Shown here one piece after another: positions 31,650 through 40,881 of a DNA stretch of 64,000 nucleotides (positions are counted from its first letter, which is position 1; each line of letters begins with the position of its first letter). This stretch comes from an uncultured Planctomycetota bacterium (GTDB lineage Bacteria; Planctomycetota; Planctomycetia; Isosphaerales; Isosphaeraceae), in contig CAVTTN010000002.1 in the NCBI GenBank assembly GCA_963737655.1, positions 4,288,001 to 4,352,000 on the forward strand, written 5' to 3'. The translations under genes and the position numbers were made by a program. The notes beneath the pieces are model-generated. The model was not told the origin of the DNA. It did no database searches and worked only from the letters and a program-made list of their open reading frames with translations.

Positions 31650-32354
31650 TCAGGAGAACCGCTCCTGGATCCACGGGTCGCCGTGGGTGTGGTAGCCGTT
31701 CTCCTCCCAGAAACCGAGGGCGTCCTTGTCGAGGAACTCGACGCCCCGGACCCACTTGGCGCTCTTCCACGCATAAAGGCGGGGGACGACCAATCGCAGG
31801 GGCCAGCCGTGGTCGGCGGGCAGGGGCTGGCCGTTGCGCGACCAGGCGAACAGGCAGTCTTCGCCGAGGAAATCCGCCAGGGGGAGGTTGGTCGTGAACC
31901 CGTGCTCGGCGTGGACGAGGACGAATCGAACGTCGTCTCGGATTTTCACGTGTTTCATGACTTCCGAGACGAGGACGCCCTCCCAGGTGTTGTCCAGGAG
32001 GCTCCAGCGGGTCACGCAATGCATGTCGGCGAAGACGCGGGCCGACGGCAGGGCGCGGAACTCGTCCCAGGTGAAGGATTTCGGCGCCTCCACGAGCCCG
32101 AACAGGCGTAGGTCCCAGGTCGCCAGGTCGACCGCTGGGGTCTTCCCCGCGTGGAGCACGGGCCATTTCTTCGTCTTGACCTGCCCCGGGGGGATGCGGA
32201 CTTCCCTCCGGGTGTCGGGGCTGATGACGTCGGCCTCGGCCGGATCTCCGGCCGGTTCGGGGGCCTTCCCGAACAGGGCGCTGGCGATCCCCCGGGCGGC
32301 GATCCGCCCTTTCTCGACCAGGCCCGCCGAGAGCTCGTCCTTCGATTCCGACAT
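31650..32354 (-). CDS. Sulfite oxidase-like molybdopterin oxidoreductase
   Basis: IPPGQ, DMHCVTRWS, HGWPLRLVVP, WKSAKW, GFWEENGYH. Confidence 0.92.
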   Translation of the reverse strand: MSESKDELSAGLVEKGRIAARGIASALFGKAPEPAGDPAEADVISPDTRREVRIPPGQVKTKKWPVLHAGKTPAVDLATWDLRLFGLVEAPKSFTWDEFRALPSARVFADMHCVTRWSLLDNTWEGVLVSEVMKHVKIRDDVRFVLVHAEHGFTTNLPLADFLGEDCLFAWSRNGQPLPADHGWPLRLVVPRLYAWKSAKWVRGVEFLDKDALGFWEENGYHTHGDPWIQERFS

Positions 32355-32390
32355 CGCGGCCTCCTCCGGGTTCAAGCGTTTCGAGATGAG

Positions 32391-33377
32391 TTACCCGCCG
32401 GATCGTTCGCCGACCAGCCCTCGCACGACCGCTTCCGAGACTTCCCAGCGCGTCCGGGCGATCCGTTGCCAGTCGAACCGGGCGAGCCAGTCGGCGGGAC
32501 GGCTGGGGACGGCCTCCCCGGCCATCCCCAATGATTCGGCCAGGACGCCGACGAGTCGCATGGGGTCGGCGCCGAGCTCCCGGAGCGTGGCGAGCTTGAT
32601 CGAGTCGTCCCTCTTGGCCAGCTTCCGGCCGTCGGCCCCGAACACCAGGGGGACATGGCCGAACGTCGGCGGCTCTCGCCGGAACGCCCGGTAGAGGAGG
32701 ATCTGGCGGGGGGTGCTCGTGACGAGGTCCTCGCCGCGGATCACCTGGTTGACCCCCATCGCGGCATCGTCGCAGACGACCGCCAGTTGATAGGCGGGCT
32801 CGCCCGAGGACCGGCCGACGACGAAATCGCCGCCGGATTCCCGGGGGTCGGCCCAGCTCGGCCCTCGGATCAAGTCCCACCAATCGACCCTCCCCGAGGG
32901 CACGCGGAACCTCCAGGAATAGGGCCGATCGCCGAGTGCCCGGGCGTCCCCGACCGATCTCCCGGAGCAGGTGCCGGGGTAGCTCGGGCCTTCATCCCCG
33001 GAGTGGGGGGCGGAGGCGGCCCGGGCGATGTCGGCCCGGGTGCAGGTGCAGGGATAGACCCGCTCGTCGGCCTTCAGGCGCTCCAGGGCCGCGTCGTACA
33101 GGGGCTTCCGCTCGGACTGGAGATAGGGCCCGAGAGGCCTCGGGCGGTCGGGCCCTTCGTCCCAGTCCAGGCCGAGCCATCCGAGGACCTCGGCCGCGTC
33201 GCCCAGGGCCTCGGGCCGGACGCGGGAGGCGTCGATGTCCTCGATTCGGAGGATCACGCGGCCCCCGGCCGACCTCGCCGCGAGCCAGGCGAGGAAGAAC
33301 GTCCGCGCATGGCCCAGATGGAGGCCGCCGGTGGGCGACGGGGCGAGCCGGCCGACTGTCGGCGATTCCGGGGGCAT
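32391..33377 (-). CDS. gluQ: Glutamyl-Q tRNA(Asp) synthetase
   Basis: RLAPSPTGGLHLGH, CTCTRADI, YQLAVVCDD, KLAKR; lacks an anticodon-binding domain. Confidence 0.9.
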   Translation of the reverse strand: MPPESPTVGRLAPSPTGGLHLGHARTFFLAWLAARSAGGRVILRIEDIDASRVRPEALGDAAEVLGWLGLDWDEGPDRPRPLGPYLQSERKPLYDAALERLKADERVYPCTCTRADIARAASAPHSGDEGPSYPGTCSGRSVGDARALGDRPYSWRFRVPSGRVDWWDLIRGPSWADPRESGGDFVVGRSSGEPAYQLAVVCDDAAMGVNQVIRGEDLVTSTPRQILLYRAFRREPPTFGHVPLVFGADGRKLAKRDDSIKLATLRELGADPMRLVGVLAESLGMAGEAVPSRPADWLARFDWQRIARTRWEVSEAVVRGLVGERSGG

Positions 33378-33519
33378 GGCGGGAAGGTCCGCGATCGGTT
33401 CGACTGGTCGCGACGGCCCCGCCAGAGTACCATGATCGGAGACCCCTCCGCCGCGCCGATCGCGGTGCCGAGGGGCGTCTCCGATCCCCGAGTCCCGCCG
33501 AGTCGAGAGGAAGCCCGCG

Positions 33520-34633
33520 ATGGACGCCGACCTGAAGAGAGACGCCCGGGCGGTCATCGACCGCATCGTTCAGCTCCGAGACTCTCTTTGACCTCGGCGA
33601 AAAACTCTCTCGACGGACCGAGCTGAGCAACGAGATGGAGGGCGGCGCCTTCTGGAACGACCAGGAGAAGGCCAAGGCCACCATCGCCGAGATGAAGTCG
33701 CTGAACAGCGTGCTGAAGCCGTTCGAGAGCCTCGTGGGGCAGTCCGACGACCTCGCCACCCTGATCGAGATGGCCGAGGAGACCGGCGACGACGGCCTCG
33801 ACGACGACATCCGCTCGACCGTGACGCAGGCGACGGCCGACTTCGAGGCGTTCGAGCTCCGCTCGATGCTCTCCGGCCCCAACGACCATTGCAGCGCGTT
33901 CGTGACGATCCACGCCGGGGCCGGCGGGACCGAGGCGTGCGACTGGGCCGAGATGCTCCTCCGGATGTACCTGATGTGGGCCGAATCCCATCGGTTCAAG
34001 ACCCACATCCAGGACCGCGAGGACGGCGGCGCCGCGGGCATCCAGATGGCCACGATCCACATCCAGGGGGAGTACGTCTACGGCTACCTCCGGGGAGAAA
34101 CCGGCGTCCACCGCCTGGTTCGGATCAGCCCGTTCGACTCCGCCGGCCGGAGGCAGACCTCGTTCGCCTCGGTGGACGTTTTGCCCGAGATCGACGAATC
34201 CATCAGCATCGAGATCCGCGACGTGGACCTCAAGCGGGACGTCTTCCGGTGCGGGGGGCCCGGCGGCCAGCACCAGAACAAGACCGAGTCCGGCGTGAGG
34301 TACACCCACCTCCCCACCGGGATCGCCGCCGAGTCCCGGACCGAGCGGTCCCAGCACAAGAATGACTCCAACGCGATGGCCTTGCTCAAGGCCAAGCTGA
34401 TCCGTCGCGAGGAGGAGAAGCGCGAGGCCGACTACGCCAAGAAGTACGACGAGAAGGGCGAGATCAGCTTCGGCAACCAGATCCGCTCGTACGTGTTGCA
34501 GCCGTACCAGCTCGTCAAGGACCTGAGGACCGGCCACGAGGTCGGCAACCCGAGGAGTGTCCTGGACGGCGGCCTCGACGGCTTCATCGACGGGTTCCTC
34601 CGCTGGAGGCTCTCCGGCGGGGAGGCGAGGTAA
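33520..34633 (+). CDS. prfB: Peptide chain release factor 2 with programmed +1 frameshift
   Basis: MDADLKRDARAVIDRIVQLRDSL then CTT TGA C at 33586-33592; SPF and GGQ motifs. Confidence 0.96.
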
Positions 34634-35267
34634 TGGGCGCGGTGACGATCGAGGAGGCGGACGGAGCGACCTCGATCGTCTCGCCGTCCTGCCGGCTGGT
34701 CTTCCATCGTCTCGGGGAAAGCTGGGCGCACTCGATCGAGATCGGCCGGGGACGAGCGACGTTCGCCCGGTCGATCGAGCCCGACCCCGACCGGGACGAC
34801 TCCCGGAACGTCGCCAGCCCGACCTATCAAGACCTGCACCTCCAGGCCGACGGCGACGATTGGCTCGCCCTCCTCGTCGGTCAGTTCGGCACCCGGCAGT
34901 ATTCCGCGTCGTTCCGGGTCTCGCTCCGCCACCGGGACCGGGCCGACGTGGAACCGACGACGAAGATCCACGTGGACGTCGCCGACCGCTGCCGAGACCC
35001 CGGCCGGGTCATGCGATCGTCCTACGAAGTCCTCGCCCCTCCTCGTTCGTTCAACGCCCGGAGCTCGGCGCCGCTCAACGCCGTCTGGGAACACTCCCTG
35101 CCGGGCGGGTCGGGCCCCTGGTCGATCTGTGGGTCTTCCACGGCGATTGCCCGGATGCCGAGATCTCGGTCGAGGACGCCGGCCCCCTGGGCTACCTCGC
35201 CCGGATCGAACGCCCCCTGATCCCGCCCCAACCCACGGGCCGATTGATCTACACCTGGATGATTTGA
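34633..35267 (+). CDS. Hypothetical protein coupled to prfB (possible frameshift near 35105; unshifted stop at 35220)
   Basis: TAATG overlap with prfB; protein-like composition that appears to continue in a second frame. Confidence 0.55.
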
Positions 35268-35416
35268 GACAGCCCGACGGCCTCGGATTTCGAGAAAACC
35301 GGGGGATGGTCCACCTCGGTCCCTCAAGCCGGGCGGACCGGGAAAACCACGACCGGTCGAGGGCTTCGACGGCGAACCCTCTTCGCGAATCCCCCCTGAT
35401 CGAAGGTCGCTCACCC

Positions 35417-36757
35417 ATGACGTCTCTCGACCGTTTCCGCGGGCTCCTGGGGATCGCGGCGATCCTCGGCGTGGCGTATCTCCTGTCCGAGAACCGGCGG
35501 AAGATCTCCCGTCGCGTGCTGTTCTGGGGCCTGGCGTTGCAGTGGGGGTTCGCCTTGCTGGTGCTGAAGGTGCCGGCCGGGGCCGCGGTCCTGGAACGCG
35601 CCGGAGAGGCGATCAAGGCGGTGCTGGACCAGGCGCTGGTGGGCTCGGAGTTCGTCTTCGGGCCGAGGCTCGTGGCGCCCGACGGCCCGGCCGGGTTCGT
35701 CTTCGCGTTCCGCGTCCTGCCGACGGTCATCTTCGTGGCGGCCCTGTTCGCCGTGCTCTACCACCTCGGCCTGATGCAATGGATCGTCCGAGGCTTCGCC
35801 TGGATCATGGCCAAGCTGATGGGGGCGAGCGGGGCCGAGTCCCTGAACGTGGCGGCGTCCCTGTTCCTGGGCCAGACCGAGGCGCCGTTGACGATCCGGC
35901 CGTACCTGCCTCGGCTCACGCGGTCGGAATTGCTGACCGTGATGACCTCGGGGATGGCCCACGTCTCGGGAGGCGTCATGGCGGCGTATTTCGCCTTCGG
36001 AGTCTCGCCGAAACACATCCTCACGGCCGTGATCATGACCGCTCCCGGGACGATCCTGCTCGCCAAGATGATCTGCCCCGAAACGGGCGTCCCCGAGACC
36101 CTGGGGAGCGTCCGCGAGGACGCGACGAGGCCCGACTCCAACCTCCTGGACGCGGCCTCTCGCGGGACGAGGGACGGCCTCCACCTCGCCCTGAACATCG
36201 CGGCGATGCTGATCTCGTTCCTCGCCCTGATCGCCCTGGTGAACAAGGGGCTCGGCCTGATCTGGTCGGGCCTGTCGCTCGAGACGATGCTCGGGACCGC
36301 CCTGGCGCCGGTGGCGTGGCTCCTGGGCGTCCCTTGGGTCGATAGCCGGGTCGTCGGCGGGCTCCTGGGGACGCGGACCGTGCTGAACGAGCTGATCGCG
36401 TTCGGGGAACTGGGGGAATGGATGGCGTTCGTCCCCGGCTCTCCCGGGCGGGCCTTCCTGGCGGCCCAGACCCTGCATCGCTCGGCGTTCGTCGTCTCCG
36501 GGGCGCCGGTCGGCGGCCTCCTGGCGATCGCGCCCGAGACGGTCGCCGTGGGGCACTTGCAGCCGAGATCGACGGCGATCGCCACGTTCGCGCTCTGCGG
36601 GTTCGCGAATTTCAGCTCGATCGGCATCCAGCTCGGCGGCATCGGCGCCCTGGCCGAGAACCGGAGGGCCGAGCTCGCCAGCCTGGGATTCAAGGCGCTC
36701 CTGGCCGGCACGCTCGCCAATTTCCTCTCGGCGTGCATCGCCGGGATCTTGCTTTGA
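35417..36757 (+). CDS. nupC: NupC/CNT-family nucleoside transporter
   Basis: FAFRVLPTVIF, FLGQTEAPL, ALCGFANFSSIGIQLGG. Confidence 0.93.
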   Translation: MTSLDRFRGLLGIAAILGVAYLLSENRRKISRRVLFWGLALQWGFALLVLKVPAGAAVLERAGEAIKAVLDQALVGSEFVFGPRLVAPDGPAGFVFAFRVLPTVIFVAALFAVLYHLGLMQWIVRGFAWIMAKLMGASGAESLNVAASLFLGQTEAPLTIRPYLPRLTRSELLTVMTSGMAHVSGGVMAAYFAFGVSPKHILTAVIMTAPGTILLAKMICPETGVPETLGSVREDATRPDSNLLDAASRGTRDGLHLALNIAAMLISFLALIALVNKGLGLIWSGLSLETMLGTALAPVAWLLGVPWVDSRVVGGLLGTRTVLNELIAFGELGEWMAFVPGSPGRAFLAAQTLHRSAFVVSGAPVGGLLAIAPETVAVGHLQPRSTAIATFALCGFANFSSIGIQLGGIGALAENRRAELASLGFKALLAGTLANFLSACIAGILL

Positions 36758-36818
36758 GACGCCCGGGATCGCAAGATCGGCCGAAAGGGGCAAGGGGAGG
36801 ACGAACCGAGGAGCCGCC

Positions 36819-37652
36819 ATGAGGACCCATCGACTCCACGAGAAGGCCGTCGAATCGGCTTTGGCGATCTCGGAGAGGCTCGACCCGTTCCCCTCGGCGG
36901 CCGTCGTGCTCGGCTCGGGCCTCGGGGCGCTGGTGGAGGGGCTGGACGAGCCGGTTTCGCTCTCGTACAGCCACATCCCCCACTTCCCGACTCCCTCCGT
37001 GGCCGGTCATCACGGCAACCTCGTGGTCGGCGGGATCGGCGATCGGCGGGTGGCCGTCTGGCAGGGCCGGTTCCACCATTACGAGGGGCACGACCTGGAC
37101 GTCGTCACGTTCCCGGTCCGCGTGATGAAGGCCCTGGGCGTCTCGACCCTGATCCTCTCGGCGGCCACCGGCGGGATCAACCTCGAATACAGGCCCGGGG
37201 ACCTCGTGGCCATCTCCGACCACCTGAACCTGATCGGCTCCAACCCGCTCAGAGGGCCGAACGACGACCGGCTCGGGACGCGCTTCCCCGACATGACCGA
37301 GGTCTACTCGCCCCGCCTCCGCGCCATCGCCTCCGAAGAAGCCGCCGCGATGGGTTTGCCCCTGCATTCGGGCGTTTATGCCTGCATGGGCGGGCCGAGC
37401 TACGAGACTCCGGCCGAGATCCGGATGCTCCGAACGCTCGGGGCCGACGTGGTGGGGATGTCCACGGTGCCCGAGGCGATCGTCGCGAGGCATGCGGGGC
37501 TGGAAGTCCTGGCGTTCGCCCTGGTTTCCAACGGCGCGGCGGGGACCTCGGGCGAGCCCATCACCCATGAAGAAGTCCTCGAAGCCGGCCGGCTGGCGGG
37601 GCCTCGCCTGGGGGAGCTGATCCGGCGGGTCGTGGGGCGGATGGCGGATTGA
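36819..37652 (+). CDS. punA: Purine-nucleoside phosphorylase (trimeric type)
   Basis: VLGSGLG, QGRFHHYEG, GPSYETPAE, VGMSTVPE. Confidence 0.95.
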   Translation: MRTHRLHEKAVESALAISERLDPFPSAAVVLGSGLGALVEGLDEPVSLSYSHIPHFPTPSVAGHHGNLVVGGIGDRRVAVWQGRFHHYEGHDLDVVTFPVRVMKALGVSTLILSAATGGINLEYRPGDLVAISDHLNLIGSNPLRGPNDDRLGTRFPDMTEVYSPRLRAIASEEAAAMGLPLHSGVYACMGGPSYETPAEIRMLRTLGADVVGMSTVPEAIVARHAGLEVLAFALVSNGAAGTSGEPITHEEVLEAGRLAGPRLGELIRRVVGRMAD

Positions 37653-38067
37653 ACCGCCAAGACGCCAATGGCGGATTGAACCGCCAAGACGCGAAGTTCG
37701 CCAAGGAAGAGGGGAGAGGAGAGGAGAGGAGAGAACGAGAGAGGTTCAAGAGAAAGAGAGAGTCAAGAGAAAGACGCATTCAAGAGAAATTCAAGAGGAA
37801 AAACCTCGAAACCTTTTGGGATTTTCTCTCCTCATCTCCCTCTTCCTTGGCGATCTTGGCGTCTTGGCGGTTAATCTCCCGCACCCCGATTCGTAAGCAT
37901 GTCTTCGGTCAGGCTCGATCTGAAGACATGCTTACGAAGACGTAAGCATGCCACCCGACAAGAGAGATTCGAGAGGAAAACCTCGGATCCTTTTAGGATT
38001 TTCTCTCTTCCTCTCCCTCTTCCTTGGCGATCCTGGCGTCTTGGCGGTTAATCTCCCGCACCCCGAT
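37641..38067. repeat. Composite repeat region between convergent genes
   Basis: AACCGCCAAGACGC...CTTGGCGGTT inverted elements; 25-bp tandem duplication (37641, 37668); ~108-bp direct repeat (37783-37890, 37961-38067); partial GGGTGGCATG-type REP at 37891-37956. Confidence 0.85.
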
Positions 38068-39373
38068 AGGCCCGATCCAGCAAATCCACCGGGTGGACCA
38101 CCGTCACGGCGCTGCCGCGTTCCTTGATTTTCCGGGCGATCTGGAGGATGCAGCCGACGTTGCCCGTGGCGACGATCTCGGCGCCGGTGTCCTGGATCCG
38201 GTCCATCTTCCGCCGGCCGAGCCGTTCGGACATCTCCGGCTGGGTCAGGTTGTACGTCCCGGCGGCCCCGCAACAAAGCTCGGTCTCCTCGAGGGGGACG
38301 AGTTCGAGGCCCGGGATCAGGCCCAGGAGCTTCCTAGGCTGAGAACGGATCTGCTGGCCGTGGCAGAGGTGGCAGGCGTCGTGATAGGTGACCTTCTTCG
38401 GCAGCGCGTGGGTGGGCGCGATCGGCCCGAGCTCGACGAGGTATTCGCTGATGTCGCGGACCTTCGCGACGAACGCCCTGGCGCGGTCGTGGTCGGCGCC
38501 TTCGAGGAGGTGGGCATAGTCCTTGAGCATCGCCCCGCACCCGGCCACGTTCACGATCACCGCGTCGATGTCGTCGCGGAGGAACGTCTCGATGTTCTTG
38601 CGGGCGAATTCGAGTGCCGGTCCCTCGACGCCCGAATGGTAGTGGATCGCCCCGCAGCAGACCTGCCCCGGCGGGATCACGACCTCGCAGCCATTGTGCT
38701 GAAGCACCCGGGCGGTGGCGGCGGTGGTCCCGGGATACATCGCGTCGGCCACGCAGCCGAGGAACAGGGCGACCCGGGCTCGCTTCGGGCCGATCGGCGG
38801 GAGGATTTCGGGGAGTTTGGACCCGCCCCGGAGCTCGGGCAACATCGCGTGCATCCGGCGGAGCGTGGGCGGCAGGAGCTTCGTCAGGCCGATCTTTTCG
38901 ACGAGCCCGAGGATTCCGGCCTTCTGGAGCAGGCGGGCCGGGATCAGGGCGGCCTTGACCCGCTTCGAATAGGGGAAAAGGTGTTCGAGGATGAGCCGTT
39001 GCAACCGGCTGGTCTTCGCCCCGGGGGGCGCGGACTGGTGGAGGGCCACCTTGAACGGCTCGATCAATCGGCCGTACTGGACGCCCGAGGGACACGCCGA
39101 TTCGCAGGCCCGGCAGTCCAGGCAGAGGTCCAGGTGCTTGCGGACGGCGGGCCCGGCGTCGAGGCGGCCGTCGGTCACGGCGCGCATCAGGTAGATTCGC
39201 CCCCTCGGGCTGTCGTTCTCGTCGCCGGTCTCGACGAACGTGGGGCAACTGGCGGTGCAGAGGCCGCAGTGGATGCAATCCTGGAACCGGCGATAGTCGA
39301 TCTTCTCGGACAGCCAGGCCAGGTCCACGCCCGAGGTCGGGGTCGGGGCCGGGGCCTTCGGTTCGGTCGCCAT
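38048..39373 (-). CDS. glcF: Fe-S subunit of glycolate oxidase
   Basis: CIHCGLCTASCP, CLDCRACESACP, two CCG domains, YHDACHL. Confidence 0.92.
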   Translation of the reverse strand: MATEPKAPAPTPTSGVDLAWLSEKIDYRRFQDCIHCGLCTASCPTFVETGDENDSPRGRIYLMRAVTDGRLDAGPAVRKHLDLCLDCRACESACPSGVQYGRLIEPFKVALHQSAPPGAKTSRLQRLILEHLFPYSKRVKAALIPARLLQKAGILGLVEKIGLTKLLPPTLRRMHAMLPELRGGSKLPEILPPIGPKRARVALFLGCVADAMYPGTTAATARVLQHNGCEVVIPPGQVCCGAIHYHSGVEGPALEFARKNIETFLRDDIDAVIVNVAGCGAMLKDYAHLLEGADHDRARAFVAKVRDISEYLVELGPIAPTHALPKKVTYHDACHLCHGQQIRSQPRKLLGLIPGLELVPLEETELCCGAAGTYNLTQPEMSERLGRRKMDRIQDTGAEIVATGNVGCILQIARKIKERGSAVTVVHPVDLLDRAYRGAGD

Positions 39374-39444
39374 GTCGGGGGCCGTCCTCGGAGAGAAGAG
39401 AGCGGAGAGGGGCGCGGGGCGGTCGGGTCTCGGCGGGTTTTCCC

Positions 39445-40698
39445 CTAGATTGTACCCACGAACCGCCCGGGATTCATCACCCCGGAGGGGTCGAAGGTCG
39501 CCTTGATCCGCTCCATGATCGCCCAGTCGCCCCGGCGAGGGCCCCAGACCTTCAATCGCGACTTCCACTCCGTGGGGCATCGCGACAGGACGGCGTGGCC
39601 GCCGTGACGGGCCGCGACCTCCCGGATCGCATGGAGGGCCGGGGCCATCGCGTCGAGCGTCCATTCGCCGAGGGCGTGGAGGTGGGCCACCCCGCTGCCG
39701 GAATGGGCCAGGAGGGACCATCGGCCCGGATCGAGCCCGGCCAGGAGCGTGGGCAGGGCCGAGGCGGGCGCCGCCGCCACCATCGAGACCGGGCCGAGCG
39801 GCATCGCCTGGAAGCCCGAGAGGAACTCCCAGAGCTTGTGGACCCGCCAATCCCGCATCTCGACGACCTCCCGGCCGGGGAACTCTTCCCGAATCCGGGC
39901 GAGCTGCCAGGTCACGGACGGGTTGTTGTCCTCGAACCCCACGGCGAGGGCGAACGCGGAGTCGGTCGAGTCCAGGAGGCCCTCGGCGCGTCCCATCGCC
40001 TGGCGGTTCAGGAGGTCCAGGGCCATTGGGCGGGTTCCCGACGTGTTCATCCGTTCGAGGGCTTCCGCCACGTCGTTCAGGTCGCGGAGGAGGACCACGG
40101 CGAACGCCGAATCGTCGGGCCGGGGGCGGACCTTCAGGGTCATCTGAGCGATCGGCCCGAGCGTCCCGAGGGAGCCGGTCAGGAGCTTCGGCAGGTCGTA
40201 GCCGGCGACGTTCTTGACGACCCGGCCGCCCCCGTTCACGGCCTTGCCGTCGGCGGTGACGAACGTGACCCCGAGGATCAGGTCCCGAGGACGGCCGGCG
40301 CCGAACCGCCTCGGGCCGCTGGTGTTCGTGGCGAAGATGCCCCCGAGCGAGGCGCGGTCGGCGAACGGGGCGTCCAGGGGGAGCCTCTGGTTCTCGGTCC
40401 CCAGGACTTCCTGCAGCGCCCCGAGCGTGATCCCGGGCTCGATCGTGATGGTCATGTCGGCGGCCGGGTAGTCGATCACGGCGTTCAGGGCGGTCAGGTC
40501 CAGCGCCACGCCGGCTCGCCGGGGAATCCCGCCGTAATCGAGGGCGGTCTTGCCGCCTTGAGGGTAGATCGCCAGCCCTTCGGAGCCTCGGCGAAGGATG
40601 GTCTCCTGGAGCGACTCGAGCGTCTCGGGACGGTCCAGGGCGACGGCGAATTGGCCGTCGCCCAGGGGCAGGGATTCGTCGGATGCGGGCCGGTCCAA
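39445..40698 (-). CDS. glcE: FAD-binding subunit of glycolate oxidase
   Basis: SGPRRF, GGGRVVKNVAGYDLPKL, FDPSGVMNPGR. Confidence 0.88.
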   Translation of the reverse strand: MDRPASDESLPLGDGQFAVALDRPETLESLQETILRRGSEGLAIYPQGGKTALDYGGIPRRAGVALDLTALNAVIDYPAADMTITIEPGITLGALQEVLGTENQRLPLDAPFADRASLGGIFATNTSGPRRFGAGRPRDLILGVTFVTADGKAVNGGGRVVKNVAGYDLPKLLTGSLGTLGPIAQMTLKVRPRPDDSAFAVVLLRDLNDVAEALERMNTSGTRPMALDLLNRQAMGRAEGLLDSTDSAFALAVGFEDNNPSVTWQLARIREEFPGREVVEMRDWRVHKLWEFLSGFQAMPLGPVSMVAAAPASALPTLLAGLDPGRWSLLAHSGSGVAHLHALGEWTLDAMAPALHAIREVAARHGGHAVLSRCPTEWKSRLKVWGPRRGDWAIMERIKATFDPSGVMNPGRFVGTI

Positions 40699-40800
40699 GG
40701 GCGGGACTCCGAAGGGCGATCGGGACGCTCGGCGGCCCTATCCTAGCGAGATGGGGACTCGGTTTCACCTGCTTCGACCCGGGGAACGCCCACGAGGACC

Positions 40801-40876
40801 GGGTGGCATGCTCGCGTCTTCGTGAGCATGTCCGGCGTGCGGAAGACATGCTCACGAAGCCGTGAGCAGGCCACCC
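40801..40876. repeat. REP-like palindrome (GGGTGGCATG family)
   Basis: GGGTGGCATGCTCGCGTCTTCGTGAGCATGTC...GACATGCTCACGAAGCCGTGAGCAGGCCACCC; homologous to 37891-37956. Confidence 0.8.
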
Positions 40877-40881
40877 GAACG

